DNA of 64,000 nucleotides from sequence record MK599315.1. One strand, given 5' to 3'. The notes under the pieces are model-generated. The model made no database searches. It was not told the origin of the DNA and saw only the letters and a program-made list of their open reading frames with translations. Positions 9,129 through 19,674 of the stretch are shown piece by piece (position 1 is the first letter of the stretch; each line of letters starts with the position of its first letter). Position numbers and translations under genes: made by a program.

Positions 9129-11068
9129 TTTGGGGAGTTAGCCTTCTTATCCAAATAAAGCTTCAGCATCTCATCCAGCTTCGGAGCCTTCATGATTTTC
9201 TGACAGATCTCAATGGCATTAACACGTCCACCTGTCAAGTTCACACCTACTTCTCGACGATGATGTTCGGAGATATCTTTCATCATGGAGAATTCCATGA
9301 CAGTTGTTTCCCGAGCGATATTGAGAATCTGACTAACGTTCGGATAAGTCGAAACGATGTCAAGGTCAGCTACGTGACTAAAGATCAAAGTCTTGTAATC
9401 AGGTAAGTCCTTAACACACTTCAACCCATTTGGACCAGCCATATAGGACGGTAGTGTAACAATCCAGCTATCATGACCTACAACGTATTGATCTAGCTCG
9501 TGAACCATCTGGTCGGAGCTAGTGCCAATTACGCATGGCTCAGGACGGTTCAGATACCAGAAGTGCATGTCATCACAGAGACGCTTCGGGTTAGAGCTGA
9601 AGTTCTTATAGTCAGAAGACTTAGAGAACAGAGTAATCGAACTAGCAAGGTCGTTGATCTTTTCATCCAGTTGTTCCAGACGAATGGAGTCAATGATGTT
9701 GTAAAGACCATAACGAACCTTGTGGTTCTTCTGCATCTCAATGTGCCATTCGATACCACCAAGGTGATCAGTTTCAGCAAACTTAAGTTTACCAAAGTTC
9801 ATTGTGTAACGAACATGGTTACCTAGGTGTACAGTTTCACCCCAAGTGAAATGCTCTACTGGCGTCCAATCATCCTCTTTACCGCTATAGTTAACAAACA
9901 GATACGGATAACTACCAGGACGTTCTACCAGAAGTTTATCAAGACTCTTCTTGAATTTAATCAGATCTTCTTCACCAAGAATCTCTGTTTCTTCATCAAC
10001 ATTTAGCTCCTTCTTAAGAATATAGTCGAGAGCATACGAAGGCTCTTTACCTTTAGCAAGACGAGTTACCCGATACGTAGACATCGCATCAATGGGTTGG
10101 AAAGAGGCAGGACATGTAATCCAATGCCACTGATCTTCAGGTCCCTTAGATTTAGTAACACCAGAAGCGGTAGTTGTCATCGCCTGGTCTTGGCGGAAAT
10201 GGAAATACTTGTAATTATTAGGAACAGACGGATCGCTAAATACAAGTGCCGGATCAACTCCTGCATCTTCCAGGGTCTTCAAGATTCGACTCATGTCGAA
10301 GCTGATGTTCCAGAAAGAGAAGAAGTCTGGTTTCCATTCGTGTAGCCGCTTAATACAGTTAATGACAATGTGAACTGGTTGATCAACCACTTCGATTTCT
10401 ATTTTAAGATTACGGCCATTACGAAGTGCAACCAATTCAGGAATACGTTCTAGTTCCTCGAACGTTTCTTTCACGGGGTCTTTAAGATCACTAACCCAAT
10501 GTTTAAGATAGGCAAGATAAACGTTTTCTTTATGGCTTACGGACATACAGATAATCTGTCCGTCTTTTCCATCTTCGTAAACGTTGGTCTCAATATCACC
10601 ACCTGCTACCGTGTTACGAGAAATGAGATCAGGTGCAGCAGTTCGATAATCGTTCTTCAAGCAGCATACAGAACTAACGTCCGCACCATACAGGTAAGGA
10701 CTTCGACTAAGTTGACGAAGCCTAGGGTTAGGTCCCATGCTGTAATCACCCAGAGCTTTAGCAATCGCATGCGGCATGTTAATCTGGGTAGACTTACGTT
10801 TAATAAGCTTACTAGCGTACTCGTAGTCTTTCTTCTCATGATAGGTACGCTGGCTTTCTTTTTTATTTGCTTCAGGATCCAGCCACCATGGCCGTTCATA
10901 ATCCTCAATAAACCTCAGTCGTGGAATCCTGCGTTTATCTTTAAGATGCACGACTTCTTTAACAACATGTAAGTCATGCTTACGGTGATTCCTATCGGTG
11001 ACGTATGTAATATGTTTAGCCTCGACACCGATTACATCTTCTTTACTGAAAGAAATATTATCACTCAT
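9125..11068 (-). CDS. Split family-B DNA polymerase, exonuclease plus motif-A part (phiKZ gp82-like)
   Basis: ExoI GDIETN, ExoII WNISFD, ExoIII YNIIDS and PolB motif A ADLDIVSTYP near the C-terminus; motifs B and C absent. Confidence 0.88.
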   Translation of the reverse strand: MSDNISFSKEDVIGVEAKHITYVTDRNHRKHDLHVVKEVVHLKDKRRIPRLRFIEDYERPWWLDPEANKKESQRTYHEKKDYEYASKLIKRKSTQINMPHAIAKALGDYSMGPNPRLRQLSRSPYLYGADVSSVCCLKNDYRTAAPDLISRNTVAGGDIETNVYEDGKDGQIICMSVSHKENVYLAYLKHWVSDLKDPVKETFEELERIPELVALRNGRNLKIEIEVVDQPVHIVINCIKRLHEWKPDFFSFWNISFDMSRILKTLEDAGVDPALVFSDPSVPNNYKYFHFRQDQAMTTTASGVTKSKGPEDQWHWITCPASFQPIDAMSTYRVTRLAKGKEPSYALDYILKKELNVDEETEILGEEDLIKFKKSLDKLLVERPGSYPYLFVNYSGKEDDWTPVEHFTWGETVHLGNHVRYTMNFGKLKFAETDHLGGIEWHIEMQKNHKVRYGLYNIIDSIRLEQLDEKINDLASSITLFSKSSDYKNFSSNPKRLCDDMHFWYLNRPEPCVIGTSSDQMVHELDQYVVGHDSWIVTLPSYMAGPNGLKCVKDLPDYKTLIFSHVADLDIVSTYPNVSQILNIARETTVMEFSMMKDISEHHRREVGVNLTGGRVNAIEICQKIMKAPKLDEMLKLYLDKKANSPK

Positions 11069-11176
11069 TTTTGAGCTTCCTTTTTAAAACTTAAATCACG
11101 TAGTATTAATCACCAGAGTAATCTCTCATTCGAGCTTTACTTTATGATTAATAAAACTGACGAGTAGGCCACTCTC

Positions 11177-12423
11177 ATGTATAACCGATACACTATCTCT
11201 CAAGAGATGTTAGCAGTTGGAGCTAAATCCAACATTGGACCGATCACTGAAAAATACGTTACTCTTATCAGAGAAGCGTATAAAAAGGACAAGATCATTC
11301 CCGTTAGTTTGTTTACTGATTTTGCAAAAGAATTAAAAGTTGAAACCGGTATTAATTACGAGTTTACTGTCAGTGGTGACTCCGGATTAGATGCCGGCGT
11401 TAGCTAGAAATGATGGCGTTGGGTCATAGCGGTACTTGGTATAATGCACATAAGTGGCTTCGAGCAGAGAACAGCTATAACGATCCGCGGAAACTTGAAA
11501 CCATTATCGATGTTAAGAACGTTCGTGTTAAAGGTGGTCTCGCTGATGAACTGAAATTTAAGATGTATATCTCTCTTGGGTTCATTAGTGAGAAACTAGG
11601 TTTCACCATTCGTGAAGTAACTGCTGCTCTTGTTCACGAAATAGGACACACCTTTAACGTCTTTATGTACATGGGCGACTACGTATGGCTTAACTATTAT
11701 CTTACAGATGGAATTGAAATTCTACAAGGTAAGAAAAACAACGTATTCAAGCTTGAGGTTCTCACCGATAAATGGTTGAAGGAAAACCTTAAAGAAGAAG
11801 AATACCAGGCCTACATTAATGACCGCTCTGATATCGGTAACGTTCGCCGTGCTATTCTATCTGCTTATAAAAAGGCACCACGACACCATTTGATGAATAA
11901 CCCCGTTACAGCAATGCGACGTGAAGAGCAGATGGCAGATATGTTTGCCTCTCGTTTGGGTTATGGTCGTGATCTAGCGACATGCCTCCATAAGTTCGAT
12001 AAATACTACGGAATGGAGTACCAAGAGTCTGGGTACATCATGTTGATTATCCATGCCTTGGCCATGCTTTGGTTCTCACCATTAGTCATGTTGGTTATTC
12101 TTACAAATAGCGAAGTAGATGAATTCAATTTCTCTGCACGTTACGATGACCCACGTGAACGAATCATGAAAGTCCGTCGAGATCTTATTGCTCAACTACG
12201 TAGAACTGATACAGTTAAAGATAAAGCTTCGATGAGTGATGATGTTAAAGCTATCGATGACATTATTCGAGACTTTTCTAATAACCGTAATTTGTTCGAT
12301 ACCGTCCTAGAATTCTTCCGTCCAGCTCGTCGTAAAGAAACTCAGTATAAACAAACTGAAGAGAATCTTGAGACATTGCTGAACAATGATTTGTTCTTAC
12401 AAGCTTTCCGCTTAACTCAATAA
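11177..12423 (+). CDS. Virion protein with HExxH zinc-metallopeptidase motif (M48-like); split by one apparent 1-nt deletion
   Basis: ORFs 11177-11407 and 11410-12423 join with one added base near 11405 (415 aa). LVHEIGH, EEQMADMFASRLGY, a hydrophobic segment, and N-terminal SQE site. Confidence 0.75.
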
Positions 12424-12438
12424 ACAAGGTAGACCGAA

Positions 12439-12879
12439 ATGCGTACTGGTTTTGAAATTGCCCGTATCCTGAAAGAAATTAAATCCCCAACCAACAATGA
12501 TCGTCAAGCTCGCGCCATGTTTGTAGCTAACGCTGTTGGTTTCTTTGTCCAGCTTGATCCATCTCTTTCTTGTGAAGAGTTGATTGATGCACACATGCCT
12601 ATGTTGAAGAAGGTCGCTGGCCAGGTTAACGAGAATATTGCTCTCGACCTGAATCTGACTCGTGAACTCTTTAAACAAGTCATCCGTATCCGATTGGAAC
12701 TGATTAACTGTGTTAGCGATCCTGCTATCATTGAAGCTGCAATGAAATCCGTTACAGCAGAAGATTATCAGACAATCGATGAAACCGCTACCGCTAACAT
12801 GCTTGCCAGTCGTTTTGATTTCGCTAAGAGTCAAAATGCTATAGCCAGTGTTCTGCGTCAGCTTGAAGTAGAAGGCTAA
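12439..12879 (+). CDS. Conserved phiKZ-like virion protein (gp85 position)
   Basis: 146 aa ORF in the structural operon. Confidence 0.7.
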   Translation: MRTGFEIARILKEIKSPTNNDRQARAMFVANAVGFFVQLDPSLSCEELIDAHMPMLKKVAGQVNENIALDLNLTRELFKQVIRIRLELINCVSDPAIIEAAMKSVTAEDYQTIDETATANMLASRFDFAKSQNAIASVLRQLEVEG

Positions 12880-12896
12880 TTCAGGGAGGGGTCGTC

Positions 12897-13199
12897 ATGA
12901 TCGACCATACCCATGATGACTTAGTTCACCCGCGTATTACAAAAGCATACGCAAAGTCATTAATCGTAAAAGAGAAGATCATCTCTGACCCTGAAATGTT
13001 GGTGACAGTCTGCATTACTAAATTACGTAATGGCCATCGGATTGTCACCGATGCAATTGTAGCGAATAAAGCAGCATTCGATTCTAAGCGTGGAGTTGTA
13101 GTAGCCAGGCGAAAAGCAATTGAAGAAATTATTCGTTTAGAATTGTACCTCTTACGTGACAAGCTTTACGAGCATTCTAAAGGTAATGAAAATGCATGA
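12897..13199 (+). CDS. N4 Gp49 / Sf6 gp66 family-like protein
   Basis: VCITKLRNGH...AAFDSKRG...ARRKAIEEIIRLELYLLRDKLY matches the remembered family pattern C-x3-L-x-N-G...F-D-x3-G...A-x3-A...E-x-Y-L-L-x-x-x-L-Y. Confidence 0.7.
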   Translation: MIDHTHDDLVHPRITKAYAKSLIVKEKIISDPEMLVTVCITKLRNGHRIVTDAIVANKAAFDSKRGVVVARRKAIEEIIRLELYLLRDKLYEHSKGNENA

Positions 13200-14430
13200 A
13201 CACGATGACGTTCTTATTGAAGGACAACGACAGTTAGGTGAAGAGCTTGAAGCAGCTCCCGTCCGTGGAGTTCAGCTCGATCCAAATCTGCAAGAAAAGC
13301 TACATGCTGCATTGGAGCATATTAGCACGCTAGACGATCTACGTTCTACTATCCGTGCCGAAGGTGTTAGTTCGCATGATATCACAGCTCTTCGTGGTAT
13401 CCATAGTTCCATGGAAGCTATTGGTTTGAATGTGCCAGTACTACCATCTCTGGAAAACTATAACGCTCTATTTACGCCCACACGTACTAGCTTGAATCTA
13501 AAGGTTTCTAATGAAGCTATTGGTTCGGCTATTATGGCTACCATTAAAGAATGGTTCCATGTACTGGTTGACTTTATTGTAAAGACAATCCGTTGGGTTA
13601 AGTCAGTTGAGATGAATGACGAAGTGATCCAAGGTAGGATCGTTTCTATTAACGAAAAAATCGTTAAATTAGAATCCAACTGGAAAGATATGCAAGCTTT
13701 GAACCGTTTGGGTAATCGTAATCTTGATCGTAAGTATTACGAAGCTGCCGAAGTGGTTCTACTTGATCCTAAGCTACCCCGCTCCGATATCGGCCTGTTG
13801 GCTTTTGGTGTAGATGATGATCTTCGTCGAATCCGAAATATCCAACAAGAAGCACAAAAATTTGGTGCACAACTGCTGGAGCAAATTCGACAGCTTCGTC
13901 AAGTAATGGACCGCTCTCGTTTAGAACTTGGCTTTGAATCTCATATTGGACCACGACTACAGTCTCTGGCAGAAACGCTGAAGAACATGGATAGTCAGTC
14001 TGACGATCCTAACTTCTATATCAAACACAAACGAGTTGGTATTCGTTTCTTTGAAGATACTAAACGCATGTTAAAGCGTGAGCCAATTACATATAAGTTC
14101 ATCTATGAGCTCTATGGTAAATGTGCAGACGAACTGCGTAAAGTGAATCGATTTGATCTAGAAGAATCTGTTGTACCACTTCCTAAACTTCAGGCTGTTA
14201 TTGCCAACGTTAACGCTGGTATTGAAGCACTGAATGACATGGTTAAGGTATTCAGCCGTATTCCTCTTTATCAGTACAAAGCTGGTGCAACATATGCCAA
14301 CTTCTTCATCAAGGCGCACGACATCGTTCGTGAGGATTTCTATGCTCATGTCGCAAGTGACGTAGCTAATGCCGCCTGGGATAAACTGATTAAGCGTTTT
14401 GAAGATATCAAACGTGAGCTTGGTATTTGA
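13186..14430 (+). CDS. Internal head protein with cleavable propeptide (gp86 position)
   Basis: ATG at 13186 or 13192; PSLE/NY and VSNE sites of the prohead-protease S/A/G-x-E type, followed by amphipathic helices. Confidence 0.75.
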   Translation: MKMHEHDDVLIEGQRQLGEELEAAPVRGVQLDPNLQEKLHAALEHISTLDDLRSTIRAEGVSSHDITALRGIHSSMEAIGLNVPVLPSLENYNALFTPTRTSLNLKVSNEAIGSAIMATIKEWFHVLVDFIVKTIRWVKSVEMNDEVIQGRIVSINEKIVKLESNWKDMQALNRLGNRNLDRKYYEAAEVVLLDPKLPRSDIGLLAFGVDDDLRRIRNIQQEAQKFGAQLLEQIRQLRQVMDRSRLELGFESHIGPRLQSLAETLKNMDSQSDDPNFYIKHKRVGIRFFEDTKRMLKREPITYKFIYELYGKCADELRKVNRFDLEESVVPLPKLQAVIANVNAGIEALNDMVKVFSRIPLYQYKAGATYANFFIKAHDIVREDFYAHVASDVANAAWDKLIKRFEDIKRELGI

Positions 14431-14433
14431 CAA

Positions 14434-14464
14434 CATAAAGCCCGGCATTGAGCCGGGCTTTATG
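14434..14464. terminator. Bidirectional terminator, perfect 13-bp inverted repeat
   Basis: CATAAAGCCCGGC-ATTGA-GCCGGGCTTTATG, between convergent genes. Confidence 0.9.
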
Positions 14465-14468
14465 TCGT

Positions 14469-17384
14469 TTAGTTATTCAGTACTTCGTGTTTAAGGAAGT
14501 TGAATTGAACGTCGTCTTCTACAGTTAACTCTTGGTTAGCAAGAACAACAAGCTTCTTACGAATCGCGAGGCGAACAGCATCATCTTCAACTGTAAGAAT
14601 GGCGTAGTTATTAGTGCCACCCAAACCGAATACCTCAAGTGCCTGTACCCCGTCACCAGACGTCGCTTCAAGTTGAGCAACTGTATCAGACATCGATACA
14701 GTCTTACGACTGATGTATTCATTAAGTACAGACTTACCGTTAGCCATAAGGCTAGGTCGAATTGTAGTATTGGTATATTCAGCTGGTTTCAGATAGAAAC
14801 TAAGAGTGAATGCTTGATCGACGGAGATGGTAGCTTTCTGACCTTCACGTACGGTAACAGTAGTATCACCATAAGTGGTAGTCGGATAGAGATACATCTC
14901 ACACATTTCAAGTAACTGTGCATCGAGGATACTGATGTCATTCTCAAGCCATGTAACGAATTCCATCGGAATTTCGACTTTGTAGTCAAGTGCCGATTTT
15001 TCATTGGCAAAGTAGAATAGTCCATCAACCATCATTAAAGTAATTTCACGTAGACGCTTACGCGGTGCAACCAAAATAGGTTTACCGTTTGAGTCTAACA
15101 TTACATCGCCTTTCTGGTGCTTGCGAACCTGATTACCTTGTGCATCCAATACCGGATCACCTTTACGATGAAGTATCTCATAATCGAGAGTACCATCAGG
15201 TTTAATCGTTACAATGATGTTACCTGCTTCATCGCGTTTATATTCGTTTTCCTCATAGAACCACATTACATCATGTTCCCAGTGCTGATAAGACTCATCA
15301 CCAAGTACAGTACGACTACGTCGCCACATTTTGGTCATGTCATAACCAAGTGTTGTAACTAGACGTTCACGGTTGACAACCATGAATTGTTGTGGCAATA
15401 GGTGGGCTTGAACCATTTCATCGATCTGGTTAGGTTGATAACCAGGTGTACTCGTATTAACAACAAGGATAGTGATATCAAACATGTTATTTAGAGTACT
15501 CGCGAAATTGTTTTGCACCTCGGAGAACATCGACATGTTAGTCGTGTAGAGCTCGTTCTTGGAATTGATGTCATGGTTAGTTTTGATATCAAAAGTAAAT
15601 ACGCGCTCACCGTCTTCGATACCAATGAACTTACCATTAACAGAAGCCCAGCGTACTTCACCAGCTGGCTGATAGCCAATTTGAAGTACAACTTGTTCAT
15701 CAGCTAGTTTCTTGAACTGCTCGCCAGATTCTAAACGAACTGTAATTCGATAACCTTCATCCGTTTTAACTATATCAAAGACATCGATAGCAGCTTGTAA
15801 ATTGGCTGTGTCGTTCTCACCAACAAAAATCTTTTCGGTGATTGTTGGATTGTCTAAATAGTAGGGACGAACCTCAAAATTCTCACGCGACGCATCTAGT
15901 ACATTATGGAACGGAGAATACACGTAACGGCCATTGTTCACCTCACGTGCAATCTGTTCGGCGGTGCTGCCTTTTAGACGAGCAATCTCAGCATCAGCAA
16001 CGGTGTTAACACGACCATTATTGAACGTGTAGAGCATACTAGGTTTGATCGTTAATCGATCACCATTGTCCGCTACATGTATAGAGCCCGCCAAAGACTC
16101 CATATCGACTTTAAGTTGCGACATGGCTACACCAGCACCAGAAATAACATCAAGCGACCTCGGAGCTCCTAGACGCCTTGAAGCGAGGAACTGTCTATTC
16201 GTAATGTTATCGATATTGGATACGAGTGTATAACCACGCCGATTAACAGCGTCAGTAATTTGAACGTTAGTAATAGGTACTTGGTTTGCACCGAGTGTAT
16301 TATTAATAACCTGATTACGGAGTACGTTAAAATCAACCGAATTCGCACCTCCTTCTACTCGACCACGGGCCAGAGATTGAATGAGGTTAAACGTTGTCAA
16401 TGGAGACACATACGAGCTATCGTCATCAATAGAGTTCAGATAGAACTTAAACTGGTTTGCTTTATAAGCACCTAGATCGCGATCCATCTTTCCTTGGGTA
16501 GTATAGATATCGATACGGATATCACCCTGCGCCATTCGTGTGTTTGTATAGATAGTTGGAATACTCACTTGGAGTTTATTACCAATAACTTTAAACACAA
16601 CGGTCAGTTCCATTGGGTCATAGACCAAAGCCGAGTGAGTCGTTTTAAGTTCCACCCAATTATCATCTTCAGTACGGCTGATGTACGCCCGCGCATAGAA
16701 GAACTGATCGGTGAATGTATACGACTCTTGGAAAAGACTAGATGGGTTAAGAGATTCGGTATGTGTCTTTACTGCGAACTGATAGACCGGGATGCTAAGA
16801 GAAATAACCTTACGTCGATCAATGACGAGCATAGACCATGGTACAATGTTCGTCGATAGGGTTTCCACAGGTGACTTTTTATCGAGGACATATTCGATAG
16901 TAATACCACCGTGACGCATAACCCGAATTTCAATTGGGTACTGCATCGTGAATTTAATACCAGCTGCATCAAATTCCGTTAAGCGCGGTATAACTAGTTT
17001 CTTGATACCTGTATCTCCGACGGCCACTGCTTTAGCAATAACTTCATCGTAGGCAATCAAGAAATTGAAGGTTGTTCTAGCAGGAGAAGCAAAGCGTCCA
17101 ATATAGTCATCATCTGACATGTGTTTATAGAGCTCTTCACTACCCAGCGAAAGACGTGGATACAGCTGACGTCCCAATGCCTCCATTTCACCAATTGCCA
17201 TCGCGGTTTCCATGGAACCGATCTCAAGCGAGAATACAAAAGGGATAGATGCATCTGGAATATCAGCAATGACGGCTCCATTACTAGAGCCGTTCATTTG
17301 TGTATCCAGTTCATTAAGAGCGATGGTTTGCATCAACGCTGGATTACGTCGAGCACTATACATCCGTTCTTTAAACTGACTCAT
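14469..17384 (-). CDS. Large virion structural protein, putative baseplate wedge (phiKZ gp87-like)
   Basis: 971 aa, beta-rich; LYKHMSDDDYIGRFASP and NIDNITNRQFLASR motifs recalled from the family; synteny. Confidence 0.75.
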   Translation of the reverse strand: MSQFKERMYSARRNPALMQTIALNELDTQMNGSSNGAVIADIPDASIPFVFSLEIGSMETAMAIGEMEALGRQLYPRLSLGSEELYKHMSDDDYIGRFASPARTTFNFLIAYDEVIAKAVAVGDTGIKKLVIPRLTEFDAAGIKFTMQYPIEIRVMRHGGITIEYVLDKKSPVETLSTNIVPWSMLVIDRRKVISLSIPVYQFAVKTHTESLNPSSLFQESYTFTDQFFYARAYISRTEDDNWVELKTTHSALVYDPMELTVVFKVIGNKLQVSIPTIYTNTRMAQGDIRIDIYTTQGKMDRDLGAYKANQFKFYLNSIDDDSSYVSPLTTFNLIQSLARGRVEGGANSVDFNVLRNQVINNTLGANQVPITNVQITDAVNRRGYTLVSNIDNITNRQFLASRRLGAPRSLDVISGAGVAMSQLKVDMESLAGSIHVADNGDRLTIKPSMLYTFNNGRVNTVADAEIARLKGSTAEQIAREVNNGRYVYSPFHNVLDASRENFEVRPYYLDNPTITEKIFVGENDTANLQAAIDVFDIVKTDEGYRITVRLESGEQFKKLADEQVVLQIGYQPAGEVRWASVNGKFIGIEDGERVFTFDIKTNHDINSKNELYTTNMSMFSEVQNNFASTLNNMFDITILVVNTSTPGYQPNQIDEMVQAHLLPQQFMVVNRERLVTTLGYDMTKMWRRSRTVLGDESYQHWEHDVMWFYEENEYKRDEAGNIIVTIKPDGTLDYEILHRKGDPVLDAQGNQVRKHQKGDVMLDSNGKPILVAPRKRLREITLMMVDGLFYFANEKSALDYKVEIPMEFVTWLENDISILDAQLLEMCEMYLYPTTTYGDTTVTVREGQKATISVDQAFTLSFYLKPAEYTNTTIRPSLMANGKSVLNEYISRKTVSMSDTVAQLEATSGDGVQALEVFGLGGTNNYAILTVEDDAVRLAIRKKLVVLANQELTVEDDVQFNFLKHEVLNN

Positions 17385-17394
17385 TAAAATTTCC

Positions 17395-18438
17395 TCAACT
17401 TGGATTGTATCCGCGTGTTAGGTTACCGCCGGCCATTTGGTCGTAGATAGACTTAGGTACGTGCCATTCTAATTCCATATTCGCACTATTAATGTACGGG
17501 TAGGCCTGGAAGTTAAACCATTTCTTTTCATGCTGTCGTAACTTTTGTGTCAAACGCCCACGGTTGTTATCTCGCATCAGCGGGTTAAATGTTTCAACAA
17601 GATCATTAAACTCATAGATCAAGATATGATCGTAAATTGTCATTCCCATGCAACGGAAACTAAAGTTGAGTTGATCACTTGCAGTTTGGAACGGTGTCTC
17701 TGCTCCATCACCAGTAAAGTTAATAATTTGACCAGTTGGAGCATTCATTGGTAAAGCAGCACCACATGCAGCAATACGGGTTACAAATGTTTTAGTGGAG
17801 TCCATTACCAGGCGATAGATACGCGTGTTGGCATCGTATTCATTAAGCATCAATAAATCGGGATAGGGTAGGATACGACCTTCTCTATTAAGTCCCATAT
17901 AGACTAGCCAGATCTTGAACATCCATGTTATAGGATCTCCAGCAATATTGCGGAATGTCGCCTGTAAATCGTAGGTGTTGTACTGATATGGCACGTCGTC
18001 CACATAGGACATTACGTCACGGTAAACACCGGGTGTTGTGGTACCGAGATTAATAGTAAAATCTTCCCAACCAGTAAGACTAATCAAGTTGTTACTAAGA
18101 AGGGGGATAAACGGGTTAAGAGGATCTACTCCACCGCACCATGCTGTGCCACCTGCACTATGTGCTCTCGGATCCAAATATGCCCTAACCATACGCTCGA
18201 TACTCTGTGGGTTAGGATTCAGGATCATGGACAGTCGCCTGTCCACCATGCAGTTATCTTCAGCAAGGTTCAGTAATGGACGGGTAAAGAAAGTATAACC
18301 ATGGTTTTCTGTATTTAACGAAATCGCATTGTTACGACCTGTGATGTTCAGGCCTTTGAATGAATCTTCAATGGAACGATCACGCGGCGACATCCCAATG
18401 TTTTGTGTAATTTGCGTTAGATAATCACTTAATGCCAT
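17395..18438 (-). CDS. Virion structural protein, tail/baseplate (phiKZ gp88-like)
   Basis: 347 aa; GYTFFTRP motif; divergent from the inner-body operon as in phiKZ. Confidence 0.7.
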   Translation of the reverse strand: MALSDYLTQITQNIGMSPRDRSIEDSFKGLNITGRNNAISLNTENHGYTFFTRPLLNLAEDNCMVDRRLSMILNPNPQSIERMVRAYLDPRAHSAGGTAWCGGVDPLNPFIPLLSNNLISLTGWEDFTINLGTTTPGVYRDVMSYVDDVPYQYNTYDLQATFRNIAGDPITWMFKIWLVYMGLNREGRILPYPDLLMLNEYDANTRIYRLVMDSTKTFVTRIAACGAALPMNAPTGQIINFTGDGAETPFQTASDQLNFSFRCMGMTIYDHILIYEFNDLVETFNPLMRDNNRGRLTQKLRQHEKKWFNFQAYPYINSANMELEWHVPKSIYDQMAGGNLTRGYNPS

Positions 18439-18475
18439 TTTTCAAATCTCTGTGAACAAATGAAGGAAGAGAACG

Positions 18476-19659
18476 ATGCCACTACCAATCGTAGCTAGTG
18501 CTATGGCTGGCGCAGCAGGCGCTGCTGCCGGTAGCCAAGCTTTTAAAGGTCTTATGACCACAGTCCTTAATGCGACCAAAAATAGCATGGAGATTAACTC
18601 CCTTGCAGATTTGACTCGCCCATGTCGAGTTGAACCACTTGCTATTATTGATAGCGTTCTGGTCGACCAACCTTACATGCAAGATATCCTTAAAATGGCA
18701 CTTAGCCAATTCGCCGGATATTATCTGCAAGCTGTTAATATGGTTCTTGGTGTAGGTAAAATCGATACTCTCAAAGTATTCGATAGCCTGAACCCGTACC
18801 GTTCTATTGGTGCTGATGTTAGTGGCGCTGTCTTCTCGAAAGAAAATTACATGAACGGTTTCCCGTCCCTCGAAGCGTTCAACCAAAAGATCCGTCCTGA
18901 ACTGATTGCTGAATACTCTCAAGAAGCGTATGAGCAATCAAAAGACGATGATCGTAAGAAGGGTGATAGGGAAAAGAAAGAAGCTGCACCACGGATGTCT
19001 TCGGGTGATACTCAGAAAGTATATGAAACCGAAAACCTCGCTGTGGGTAAACTACTGAACGTTGAAATTACCGATGGTGATGCTAAGGCTAAACTGCCTG
19101 TACTCATCCGTCTCATTCCGGCAGCAGTTCCGTCGCAGACTCTTACTCATATCTTTAGTGCCGGCGGACGTGATACTTGGAGCCATCGTCTGTTCCTGGT
19201 TAAAACTGGACAGATTCGTTTCTGGCGCGACTTCGTTCTTGGACAGGATATGATTGATGCACACTTTGCAGCTCTGATTTCCGATAAGTCCGGTGTTTAC
19301 AAAGAGATCACTGATCGTCGTCGTAATAACCTGAGCAAGTCTGTTCAGACTGGCCGTGTTCTATGGCAGATGCTTCTAACATTGCTGTCGTTTCGTCTAC
19401 CACGATGAAAACAACTGCCAATGCTCTTTACGGTAAACTAGAAGATCCGAATACCCGTCGTAAGATCTTCGATAATAGCTATCTACTCATGTTGATCGTT
19501 GTTGATGAACGTTGGCAGCGTGTTACTATTTATCACCGTGGTGTGGATATTGCATCTAGCTTCCGCATCGACGAAGTGAAGATGGCTGAGAAATCTAAAG
19601 GTCAAGACATCACTGAAATCTTTAAGATGTTCAGCAAACAGATGCAAACCAACATTTAA
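18476..19659 (+). CDS. Inner-body/internal head protein (phiKZ gp89-like); split by one apparent 1-nt deletion
   Basis: ORFs 18476-19408 and 19363-19659 join via GTT[T]CT ATG (GRVSMADASNIAV), giving 394 aa. PSLE and SQE cleavage-type sites; LAVGKLLNV motif. Confidence 0.8.
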
Positions 19660-19674
19660 CCAAGGACATGACCA

